A stretch of 63,940 bases of DNA, filler included, from Octopus bimaculoides (taxonomy: Eukaryota), in assembly GCF_001194135.2 (NCBI RefSeq). It is 3 parts of 3 records of this genome, joined end to end, with 100 filler letters (N's around TTAATTAATTAA, not from the genome) between each part and the next. Parts side by side here need not be neighbours in the genome. Positions count along the whole stretch, not along the records: positions 25,973 to 54,936 come from NC_068995.1; 2 more parts are not named here. One strand, written 5' to 3'. Every line of letters starts with the position of its first letter. The stretch's first letter is position 1. The notes under the pieces were generated by a model that saw nothing but the letters and a program-made list of their open reading frames with translations, ran no database searches and was not told where the DNA came from. Position numbers and translations under genes: made by a program. This document shows, piece after piece, positions 38,647 to 50,611 of this stretch.

Positions 38647-38734
38647 AGTTACACGATTGTTTACAATAAAATATACTGTGTGAAGTATCGTTTCTGGTTG
38701 GAACCTCCAGGTTTCCTGTCCTGAAATTGCCTGG
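38647..38734 (-). other. Candidate coding exon (duplicate 2): QAISGQETWRFQPETILHTVYFIVNNRVT
   Basis: Same splice signals, 15 nt shorter, frame preserved. Unverified. Confidence 0.35.
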
Positions 38735-40134
38735 CTAAGAGTTCATACGGTTGCGGGAACAATACCGGACACCTTGTAACTATGTTATGGTACCAACCAG
38801 CATGTTACAGAGGGTATTTAAGAACTCAAAGGTTCATAAAACGGCAGACCCACACAATTGTGTCCCCGAATTTGTTTCCTCATAACTTCCAGAAAAGTGG
38901 GCATGTATTTTAAAGAAATTTTCTACAAATACCTATCAGATTGTGTACATTAAGATTGTAGAGGAATTTAATGTGAAAAAAAAAAGAAAATTTCACGAAA
39001 TTACACACATTTATACTAACACACATATTACTTGTTGTACCCGATATCCTAGGCCGCATACAATACACTACATTCAGCATCTTCTCTTCAGAATCTCGTG
39101 TGGATTCCTCTTGATTATACAATTTGTCCAACTGGATGTTCATAAGGTAGCTGCTAGGTCCGCTAGAAATAGCATTCAAATTTTGCTCACCACATAAATG
39201 AGTTAATACAAAATACATTGTAAGATAATAGCAACGAAAATTTTTTAGATTATCTACCTTAGAAAGTGCATCAAAGAAAAGAGTTTGGTTGAATTTAAAA
39301 TTAAAGAAGTGGGTTTTTATCTTACTGAGACACACAGAGGTTTCGCGTTTCTTATTTTGAATAGTTTACGTTCCAGAGGTACGTACCTCAGGGCATAATT
39401 GTTGATACGGGTGGAAATAAGGAAGAAACATGGGACAATTTAGATTAACTAAAGTTTATAGACAAAAGTAATTTCAAGAAAACCCACAAACATGTTTGCC
39501 TGTGTCTGTGTTCGTAAGTGTATCAGAGAAAGAGAGAGAACTTGAAATTTTGAAAAATGGAACTTGAAATTTTGATAAAAAATCGGGATGTGTCGCGACC
39601 TCTATTTTTTTCACATTAAATTCCGATATAGTCGTAATGTACGCCATCTGAGAGGTAATCGTAGAATATTTCCTTAAAAGATATGTATTTTTTCTGAAAG
39701 TTATAAGGATACAATTGTCCGGAGGACACGCCTGTGAAGGCCCGCTCAAAATATCCCCACAAACACCAAAAACAAGGTGAAGATGACTCTGACTTCACTC
39801 TAGTCTTCAGGTGTCCGGGTGCGTCCCCCGGCGCACACATTCCCTAGCCTCTAATCACCGCGAAAGGTTGAAAGAGACTGAATATTGTTTGAAACGAAGG
39901 CCTTGGAGAAAACGTTTCCAGTATTATGACGTCATAAGGACACTATGACGAAAGCTAGAATTCTCTGGACTAGACGAGAAATTCTTGAATGAATTTCACT
40001 CATAGACGGCAAACGCACACGCACGCAATAGCACAAACAGACATGTACACAAACAAATATTTACATATATGATGTATGCATATACGTTAATGTTTGTGTG
40101 GGTCGGTGTTTGTGTACATATTTGTCCGAGTGTG

Positions 40135-40166
<32 letters not shown>

Positions 40167-41339
40167 CATGTATGTGTGTGTGTGTGTGTGTGGTGGGTGC
40201 ATACCTGTCTGTCTATGAACATGTACAGATATAAAGGCGGTGAGCTTCAGAACCACCAGCACTACAACACGAAGACAGACGAAATTCTTAGCGGCATTTC
40301 GTCTGTCTTCATATTCTGAGTTCAAATTCCGCCGAAGTCGACTTTGCTTTTTATCCTTCTGGGTCGATGAAATAAGTAGCACTGGGATCTATATAATGGA
40401 CTTACCCTCTCCTGGCCTTTTGTCAAAATTTGATATCAATATATACAGGCATAGTCATTGAGCTTGCAGGATGGTTAGTAAGCTGGGCGAAACGCCGAAC
40501 TACATTTCTTAATTCTTTACCTTCTGAGTTCAAATGCTGCCGTGGTCGACTTTGTCTTTGATCCTTTCAGGATCCATTAAATAAGTACCAGTGGAACACT
40601 GGAGTCGATGTAATCGTGTTTCCCCCTCTGTGTGTAACCAAAAGAAATTTCTTTATCTTTTAACAATCCCATAGACAAATAAATCATTGTAAACGTCGAG
40701 TACAGTTTGTGAAACAAATAATACAAGGCGATTTTTTTCTCTGTACATTCACATTTCCGTTGCTATTAAATCCCGTTCGTAAACCACTTCTTTCCTCCAC
40801 TGAAAATTAGTCAGCCGCTTCCAGTTTATCCCTCGTCTTAAACAATTTGCAAAAGGATTGTTGAAAAATGACAGCAGCTGTTTTGAATCGAACACCTAAA
40901 ACCCATTACAGTTAGTTAAGTATTTCAACATGATACACATTTTCTACCCTGTCGCAGCACAGCTTTATAGGCTTTTCCAGTAGCTTTTATAATATTACAT
41001 ATTAAGGTGACAAAATGCTTGGCAGCATTTCGTCTGGCTCTGTGCACTCCAAGCTTAAAGCAGCTTTGCCTTTTATCCTTTCGGGGCCGACAAATAAGTG
41101 CCAGTTGAGCACTTGAGCACTGAGGTCGATTTAATCGACTTTCTCCTCTTCTGAAACTGCTGACCTTAAGTAAAAATTTAAAACAATGATTTTATATATT
41201 AGCGTGGAAATGTTGTTGCTGCTGCTTAGTCGAAAGTCATCTGGTTATCCTGGATTTTAGTTGCCAACTGACAAGAGATAAATTACAATATTGTGTTCTT
41301 GATATCAGCATAGCTGTATGTGTTTCACTAGAATTATTA

Positions 41340-41478
41340 TATGTTTACGAGAGCTAGACAGGCATCTTCAGCCAGCAAGTCATGCTACTCCAGGCTGATG
41401 ACGAGCAAAAACTCAGAAACATGTCCCTGGATGCAGGCTTGGCTGGGTGGAGGTGCTTGTCTCCCCCTCGTAAACATA
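41340..41478 (+). ncRNA. Type I hammerhead ribozyme with extended stem I
   Basis: UCCAGG-CUGAUGA-C-GAG-CAAAAA-CUC-A-GAAAC-AU-GUC-CCUGGA, embedded in ~55-nt imperfectly complementary arms. Predicted cleavage after C41425. Confidence 0.82.
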
Positions 41479-44400
41479 AGGACACGGGAACTGTGTCAAG
41501 GCCGACAGGAAGCGGTGCAGCTTCTTAGGGTTAAATAGCAATAGTATGATTCCTTTATTGGGTCTGTCATGTTAAGTTGACAGCATACAAATACTTTATC
41601 GTATCACTACTGCTTAAGTTTCTCTGAGACATTTAAAAATGTATCATTTCTAATGTATGTTTTTGATATTAAAGGAACTAGATTTTCGGATCATCAATGT
41701 AGAATGTCTTAGATGACTATATAAATTAAAATCTTTTGATTTGTGTAAGAAGCTAGAAACTGTGAACGAAATACACTATCAATAACCTTGCTTTGCGTAT
41801 CAACTCCCGATGGAATAGTATCATGACTTACGGCATGTTTTGACATTGGTAGAACACATCTCATTTCAAGTTTGACCAAACGATTGCTTCCAGAGAAAAA
41901 GATACAACACAATTCCGAAACTCTACCAGCTGACCATCTTTTGTACGTTAACATTTGTAGTTTAACTTGGATTACCTTTTATTCGATATCAATTGGACAA
42001 GTGAAATTGTTTTGATTTAAGTACTTCATTTCATTCGTTCCTCCAATCCGCTACTCCTCACAACCTCAGTCTTCCTTTTTGATACTTTTTTTCTTTTGTT
42101 CCTTTGAATATTTGGAGTTACCGAGACATGTGATCGTCCAGCCAATTGAAATCATAGCATAAATGATCGGCAGCTTTATTTTATCGCCCAAGACTACCAA
42201 ACCTAGCTGTCAGATCCAGAAAAATCGCAATTACATCAAAATCTTTGCCTTTCTTGCGATCTGGAAACCCTAGCAATATTTTAAATATCTGGATAAATGT
42301 AGCTAAATAGGTACTTATTGAACTTCATCAAACTTTCTGACCAGTGAGAAGGGCAAATACAGCAAAAATAGGTCTTCCTCAGCATTTTCTGTTAAATGAA
42401 CATTCGTTACCATTATATGGTACCTACCCATTAAAGATTAGTTTTTGTACTTAATACCCTTTCATACTGACCATTCAATATTTTCAGGAGTGTCTAATAC
42501 TGGATCTGTGAATATTTCCCCCATTAAATATCGATATATTCAGTCAACCATAATTTGAGAAAAGGAAATATTAAGTGCAAGATATAGTTTAATCTTTGCA
42601 AGTCTCATGGCAAACAAAATAATTAAGACAAAAATGACCTACATTAGTTCATCAAAATATATCTTCAAATATCTTGAAGGTTTGGACAAATGACAGTGGA
42701 TGAAAAACTGGAAGCAGGCAGCAGTTAAATCATCAGATAAATATCCTTTGGGGGTGGATTAAGGCGGTAAACTGGCTGAATCGTTATCAGACTCGTTAAC
42801 CGGGCAAAATGCTTAGCGGCATTTCGTCCGACTGTATGTCCTGATTTCAAAATCTCTCGAGATCGACTTTGCCTTTTATCCCCTTCGGTGTCGATAAAAT
42901 AACCACCAGCTGAGCAATGAAGTCGATGAAACTGACTTACCCAAAATTGCTGGCCTTGAGACAAAATTTGAAACCAATATCATTCTTGGGGATTAAATTT
43001 CTTTTCAGTTCAAGCACTGATACTGATACAATCATAGGTTTTTACCTAGGGCAGCTCTTTCAAATTATTACACTATTCAGTACTCATTCACAAAAAAAAA
43101 AAAAAAAAANNNNNNNNNNAAAACAAACTATACTTTATCTAGTCATTCTATAAATTACGGTTAAGTTATAATCAGCAGCCCAGGTCTAATAGGTTCGCAC
43201 TTGTTAGCATACAGCCAAAAATCAAATTCTCTTCCTATTCTATTTTTAAGAAATTATAATCTTCCAGTTGTCTCCCTTACCGTTCGTGACAAGAATTATT
43301 CGTTATGGCAGTAAAACTTTCTCATCATTATAAACGTATTTTTAATGATTTAAAATTTCTTTCTTCATATATCAAGTGTTTTAGATTCCAATTTACGGTT
43401 TATGTTACTGGGATCTGGCAAAACTAGGTAATTTTTCAACAGTGACTCTTCTACAAATAAACCAGCTTTACCCTTTGTAGCTAACAATTATAACAGCAAT
43501 ACTTGGTAAGCCTGTTTAAGTGCTTATCTAAACATTCATTATGGCAGGACTAACTAAGAAATGCAAAGAATTACCCCAAAAATATATTCACGCCCTTATG
43601 TATATATCTGTATATAAATACATATATACATACTGATATATATATATATGTATGTATGTATGTATGTATGCATGTATATATATACACATATATACACGCA
43701 CACGCACACACACATATAATGTAGTATTAGATATGTGAGGTTTAACGAACTGGACCTTATATTTCTTTTAAAGTTATTTGATACGATGAACTACAGCAGA
43801 AAAGGTTTACTTCATCGCGCTTTAAGTATTATATACACATTTTTGTTCCATATTGTTTAGGCAGCAATATTTTGCACTGAACTTCCTGTCTTTTCTTGTA
43901 CCAATTCAATGATATATATTTATATTTACTTTATAATTACCTACCTATTGAATAAACGTCGGAGATCAATCAAAGAAAGATATACATACATACGCCTATA
44001 CATATGTATCTCTCTCGCTTTATATATATTTATATACGTGTGTATGTGTGTATGTATATATGTGTATATATATATATATATATATNNNNNNNNNNCATAC
44101 ACATATATTTTACATAGAGAAATTACATATACGCAATCATATATATTCATTAATGTATATGTATAAATAGGCAAACATATTTATATTCAAGAGTAAAATA
44201 TACATTGTAAAAAGAAAAAAAATAACACCACTATCAATGAAAAGCTTCAAAAAAAACCATAATTTATTGTGTTATTTCTTTAGATATATTATTCTGTTCT
44301 GATTTCTTTCAAATTTTTTATTATTATTTTTTATATATTTCCTGCATTCTCTTTTATATTATTTTGCTATCTCATCACAGATATAAATCGTCACAGTTAG

Positions 44401-44550
44401 GCAGTCATATATTTTTGTTATGCTTGTTGTTTAGATCTGAGTCAGTACACGCAAATCCATAATCTGAGTCAGATGAGGTAAAGCCATAACCACAAGCCCT
44501 CCGTCCATGATCATCCTGAGATATTTTGTATAAAATGAACCAAGTTACAG

Positions 44551-45040
44551 ATGCCGGTGTGAGTTATGTGGTAAAGGGCTTGCTTCTCAATCACATGGTT
44601 CCGGATTTAGTCCCATTGCTTGAAATCCTTGAGCAAGTGTCTTCTAATATAGCCCCAGGCAGAGCAAATACTTGTGAGTATATTTGGAAAACGGAAACTG
44701 AAAGAATCCCGAAAGAATCCCGTTATATATGTATACATGTGTGTATATGAGTGTGTGTGAGTGTGCGTTTGAAAGAAGCTCGGGTTATGTGTATGTATGT
44801 ATGTATGTATGTATGCGTGTGTGTGTGTCTTTGTTTTTGTATTTGTCCCCACCACCGCTTGACAACCGGTGTTGGTTTGTTTAAGTCCAGTGAATTAGAG
44901 TTACGGTAAAAGAAATGGATAAAATAAATACCAGGCCTAAAGATTAGCACTGGTGTCGAATCTTTCGACTAAAACCTTTCAAGGCAGTGCACCAGCATGG
45001 TCGCAATCCAAAGACTAAAATAAATAGAAGATAAAAGATA
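44551..45040 (+). mobile_element. SINE family A (divergent full-length copy)
   Basis: Head, internal (GTAT)n(GT)n and 3' tail all recognisable. Confidence 0.8.
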
Positions 45041-45239
45041 ATGATCCTCAGGAAGATTAACCGATCAAAACAGAATGTCAAAAGGCAGAAGAGTCTCTTA
45101 TAAAGAAACCAAAGTCTAAGCTTTCCTAGAAAGGACATGAGGCAGCACCTAGAGGCCTGGCAATTGAAATTCATTATAATGACGCAATAAGACTATGCTG
45201 GGTCTCTTGCCGTACGACTACGGTCTTTCTATTATATAG

Positions 45240-45362
45240 GTTTTGTGTGATTGCCATTATGCAAATGCGTCCGACTATTTCTATAACGATCATATATGAT
45301 TTGAAGGATTTAGCTGCTATTTCATGCAGCATAAACGGCCCCGAGTTACACGATATATTAGA
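45240..45362 (+). other. Candidate 123-nt symmetric exon: FCVIAIMQMRPTISITIIYDLKDLAAISCSINGPELHDIL
   Basis: tctttctattatatag|G acceptor and AGA|GTAAGT donor, one open frame (phase 2-2), CpG-rich non-repeat sequence. Unverified. Confidence 0.4.
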
Positions 45363-45638
45363 GTAAGTCCATTCTTTGGCCATCAAGTTTTGTGTATGAG
45401 CTGTTGTTTCATCCTTTGGTAAAGTTTAACAATGCTCTAATTTCTTTGATACTCTAGAGGATGGGACTAGTAGAAGTCGTGATGGCCAAATGATTATATT
45501 AATACTGATTTTGGTGAAATAAATAATATTCAGATTCAGTGTGTGCTTGTATGTGTGTGTGTGTTGTAAGATCGAACATAAGTATGTATATACGTATGTA
45601 TGCAGGCATGTATGTATGTATGTATGTTTGCTTGTTTA

Positions 45639-46450
45639 TAAATGAGGTCTGATCAAAAAGATTAGAAGTGGTGCAATAAAAAAGAAAACTACAACACATA
45701 TTTCACTCGAAATAGTCCCTTTCTGAAGCCACACACTTTATCCAGTGTTGCTTCCATTCACGGAAGCATTCCTGGAACTCCTTTGCCGTGATAGCGAGCA
45801 GCTGCCTCGTCGCATTCTCTTAAAATCTTAAAATCGTGTTCCTTTCAAGCTGGATTTGAATTTTAAAATGAAGGAAATGTTGCCAGGAGCGAGATCTGGA
45901 GAATGTGGTGGTTGTCAAACCTGGGGAATTTTGTTTTGGTCAAAAACCGCGGCAGAGTTACGCTGAATGGACAGGTGCGTTGTCATGGTGGAACTGCCTT
46001 GCACCGGACACATGCAATTCTGTCCTTCATCGACGAAAAGCATTCCGCAAACGCTGCAACACGTCACAGTAGTACTCCTTGTTTATTGTCTGACTACGTA
46101 GAGCATACTCATTATAAACTAAACCCTTGCAGTCACAGAAAACAGTCAGTAGTATCTTCACAGGCTTTTTTTCTATCTCGAAGAGCTTGAGGTCTTCCAC
46201 TGTGAGGACTGTGTTTTGGTTTTGAGGTCATAGCCATAGATGCACTATTCGCTCCCAGTCATGACCGTTTTCAAAAACTTATAAAAACTCGACACAATCA
46301 AGGAGGTTCTGCGCATCTGAAACCCAATCTTCTTTTTGGTCAACTGGAACCAGCTCTGGCAAAAATTTGTCAGATGCATGTCTTATACTCAAATCTCCAG
46401 TGAGAAAGGACTGAACTGAACCGTAATTAATATTCACATCCTTCGCCAAC
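45639..46450 (-). pseudogene. Mariner transposase relic with 3' TIR remnant
   Basis: VMTGSE*CIYGYD..TQSSQWK..LLTVFCDCKGLV..TINKEYYCDVLQRLR..FHHDNAPVHSA..FQECF.EWKQHWIKCV..DYFE. TIR-like GAGGTCTGATCAAAAAG at 45644. Confidence 0.9.
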
Positions 46451-46462
46451 TCCTACCTGGTA

Positions 46463-46526
<64 letters not shown>

Positions 46527-46966
46527 NNNNNNNNNNNNNNNNNNNNNNNNNNNNNNNNNNNNNNNNNNNNNNNNNNNNNNNNNNNNNNNNNNNNNNNNNN
46601 NNNNNNNNNNNNNNNNNNNNNNNNNNNNNNNNNNNNNNNATACAAAAAAAGGGGTTTTGTATGATTGTGTATAGAGGAATATATTATTTTGTTTAAGAGT
46701 TCCAACTCTGTCTGTTTTTTATGTTTTATTTATATTCTTGGAAAATTAATGTGGGATATAGAATATGGAATATACAATATATAATATAAAAATGAATGGT
46801 ACAATGAAATTAAGTATTGAATGTCTTATTGAATATATGGAATATGTCTTATTGAATAGATTAAATATTGAGTGTTCAATATAAAGGATTAAATATATAA
46901 AGGCGAATACGTATTTTCTATACCTTGTGGTATTTCATCATGGCCGGTATGACAGACTTTAACAGA

Positions 46967-47060
46967 CTGTGCTTTGGTTTTGAGGTTATAGCCATAGACG
47001 CACTATTCGCTCCCAGTTATGACTGTTTTAAAAAACTTATCAAACCTCGACACAATCAAT
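46967..47060 (-). repeat. Local copy of 46208-46300 (mariner catalytic-D region)
   Basis: Shares cactattcgctcccagt, including the same TGSE* lesions. Confidence 0.75.
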
Positions 47061-47701
47061 ATAGCTTTATGGGTTTGTGTTTCATCGTGTTTGTGATTGT
47101 CCTCGCCAGTGCTTAACGAGTGGAGTTCCTTTGTCCATGTAATCGCAACGTAGCGGTATGACAAAAGGCTCCCAATAGAATAAGTCCGAGACTTAGATAT
47201 AAATTCTGGACTCAGTTTCTTCAACTAAACTCTACAAGATCCTTCCCCCACCCTGGCTGCCGTTGTGGGGCACCTTGGGTAGATATCTTCTACTATAGCT
47301 CCGTACCGTACAAAGCGATGTACATTTGGTTGAGGGGAGCTGAAGGAAGGCCGTCTTAAATATATCGTCGCCATATAAGGCATGCCTGCAACGCTTTGGT
47401 GACGCTACCACAAATGTTTTCCCGATTAAGCACGAGTTCTTCAGCTGCCTTGCCAATTTTGACACAATCGATTGCGCTCTTAGCTTGCGTCTTTGTATAC
47501 GACTCCTCCTTCCGTGTTAACGTTCTACAGATCTCTACTTCTTCGAATACGTCAATAATAGATGAGCTTTTGTTTTTACACAATGTTCAAGAGTTGTCGT
47601 CTGTCACCTACGTATTGTAACACCCATTCATTTGTTCGACGGTCCTTGTAAGAGACACGTAATATTCTCCTTTACACTCAAATTTTGAGGGCATTAATTA
47701 T

Positions 47702-47751
<50 letters not shown>

Positions 47752-49485
47752 TGTGTGTGTGTGACTTTGTGTTTGTGTCTGTCCATCACCACCGCTTTAC
47801 AACAGGATTGGTTTGTTTATGTCAGCGTAGGATAGATATTCGGCAAAATAGACAGATATAATAACTACTAGGCTTAAAAATATATAAGTACTGGGGTCTG
47901 TTCCTTCGACTAAATCCCCTCAAAGCTGTGCTTCGACATGGTTGCAGTCTAATGACTGAGACAAGTAAAAGACACATACATACACACATACATACATACA
48001 TACATACATACATACATACGCACACAGACACATACACACATCGACAGCTCAAGCAACACACGAACTCCACAGCATATTTGCAAACACGGAAAACTCTCTT
48101 AACTGAAAAAAAATCTTGTTGCTTTGTTTGCGACCGGCTTGAACTCTCTTCAGATGAACTTAGATAAAACTCATACATACATACATACATACATGCATAA
48201 ATTTTCACACTCGTGCGCGAACACACATGATGCATAAGTATATGCATATGTGCACATTATGTGTATGCATACATGCATTTATATATGTAAGCATGCTAGT
48301 ATGTATATATGCATGTACGTATGTATGCATGTGTGCCTGTCTATATGTATTTGGTTAGTTGAAAGAAAATGCAATGTCATGATGTATGCAATTTATCTTT
48401 AAGAACAATATCAATCTTAGCAAATTGAGACAAGTGGTCTTAGTGGATGATTCCGTCTTCAGACAGGTTTTCTAACTACAGGCTTCCATCCTAACCTTGC
48501 GTTTTCTTTTCTATATTCGATCAGGAATATGTTTTCTCAAAAAACGTCTCTTTAATAAACATTAGGAACATTAATGGATATTCTAAAATAAAATGGACAT
48601 GTATTATTCTTTCGGTGCCACTGGGATTTGAACTAAGGAAACTTGGATTTGTGTGGGCTGACACGGCCACGGAAGTTTACACTTTTGACATCTTGACATT
48701 TGATTCAAAGCAGCTTTTCCTGGTACCATCATTTCCTGGGTCAAATCTCGTATTCATGGACATGAATACTAAAAGACGCTCAGAAAATCGCTAGCATATG
48801 CGATGAATAGGTCTGACCCGCTTTGTGATATGCATAAAAGCTCGAATACAAACATTGGCCTCCCACTACACAAACAAACATACGTACTCGTTCACACACA
48901 CTCACGCGCATAAACAAGCATATGCGTATACATACATAAATATATATATATATATATATANNNNNNNNNNNNNNNNNNNNNNNNNNNNNNNNNNNNNNNN
49001 NNNNNNNNNNNNNNNNNNNNNNNNNNNNNNNNNNNNNNNNNNNNNNNNNNNNNNNNNNNNNNNNNNNNNNNNNNNNNNNNNNNNNNNNNNNACACACACA
49101 CACATATATATATACATATGTGTATATATGTAAACACACACACACATATATACATACATATGTGTATATATGTGAACACACACACATATGCACATATATA
49201 TATACACACACACATAAATTCACACGCACACACACAAACACACAGTCAAACTATATACACTCACATATACATATATACATACATATCCTTTTACTTACAT
49301 ACATACAGAAACATATTTCTTCCATAAACTTCCTTGAGGGAAAAACTGCATATACGCCCACATAACACCGGCGCTTGTTTAAAAAGGAACATCCATATAA
49401 TCATTCATGTGTACCTAATATTTTGCTACTACGCTCTTTCTCTCTGTCTCCCTCCTTCTCCCTCTCTCTCCCCTCTATTTGTCAT

Positions 49486-49549
<64 letters not shown>

Positions 49550-49692
49550 NNNNNNNNNNNNNNNNNNNNNNNNNNNNNNNNNNNNNNNNNNNNNNNNNNN
49601 NNNNNNNNNNNNNNNNNNNNNNNNNNNNNNNNNNNNNNNNNNNNNNNNNNNNNNNNNNNNNNNNNNNNNNNNNNNNNNNNNNNNNNNNNNNN

Positions 49693-49742
<50 letters not shown>

Positions 49743-50264
49743 CCACACAAACACATCCGCACACACAATTCATCGACAATCACTTACAAATGTCGCCCTT
49801 CCATGAATCTGAATACACATGTCAACAATCCAAATATACACGAACCATAAACAAAAGAATATGCACTTATGTCTCTACTTACATACGTGCCTACATTGGT
49901 CTCCGTGTGTACCTATATATCTTTTATCGTTTATCATTTACTTGCTTCTGTCATTGGATTACGGCCAAGCTAGGGCACCGCCTTAGCGAAATTTCCGTTG
50001 AATGAATGGACCTCAGGCCTTTTTTTCTTTTTTTTCAGCCTAGTACTTATTTTAGCACTAGGGTCTTTTGCTGGACCACTAAATTACGGGGACGTAGACT
50101 CACAAACGCCGGTTGTCAAGCGGTGGTGAGGGTGCAAACACCAACACAAAGAAATACACACACACACATACACATATATATACATGATGGGTTTCTTTCA
50201 GTTTCCATTTACCAAATCCATTACATGTATATGTGCGCGTGCCTGCTTGGCATTGCTTGACTAG

Positions 50265-50319
<55 letters not shown>

Positions 50320-50415
50320 NNNNNNNNNNNNNNNNNNNNNNNNNNNNNNNNNNNNNNNNNNNNNNNNNNNNNNNNNNNNNNNNNNNNNNNNNNNNNNNNN
50401 NNNNNNTATATACAT

Positions 50416-50455
<40 letters not shown>

Positions 50456-50560
50456 GTATAGATGTATATATATATAAACAATTGCAGCGTGGAAGGTGTT
50501 TATAAGCCATTTAAAATAACACACAAAAACCGTTAGATTCAATTCAACATCTAAATTTAA

Positions 50561-50611
50561 TTTGTCAAAATATTTTCGTCGCTTTGAGACCGCGACCTGT
50601 TCACTGACAAA
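50561..50611 (-). ncRNA. Minimal type I hammerhead fold with G3:C8 compensatory core
   Basis: UUUGUCA-GUGAACA-G-GUCGC-GGUCUCAAA-GCGAC-GAAA-A-UA-UU-U-UGACAAA. Stem I has 7 bp, stem II 5 bp, and stem III is the palindromic AAUAUU. Confidence 0.72.

Larger units (their letters stand above)
36207..39844. mobile_element. Unclassified DNA element with ~250-bp TIRs (GGGAATGTGTGCGCCGGGGG..., TA flanks), apparently one copy per duplicated unit
   Basis: 36207-36455 is the reverse complement of 39595-39844. Unit 2 has lost most of its left TIR and the unit 1 right end falls in the gap. Confidence 0.65.
35395..40450. repeat. Tandem duplication of a ~2.6-2.75-kb unit
   Basis: 35395-36204 aligns with 38140-38912, 37275-37650 aligns with 39862-40230, and SINE-B remnants occupy matching positions in both units. 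Confidence 0.9.

Noticed and set aside
47356-47583. 75-aa minus-strand ORF (..KSAIDCVKIGKAAEEL..)
   Set aside because: No good splice signals. It has only a faint likeness to the LINE pre-RT motif (AIxxxKxGKA), too weak to call a gene or an element.
48610-48665. tRNA-like 3' half on the minus strand (GTTCAAATCCCAGTGGCACC)
   Set aside because: No complete cloverleaf. Most likely a decayed tRNA-derived SINE head.
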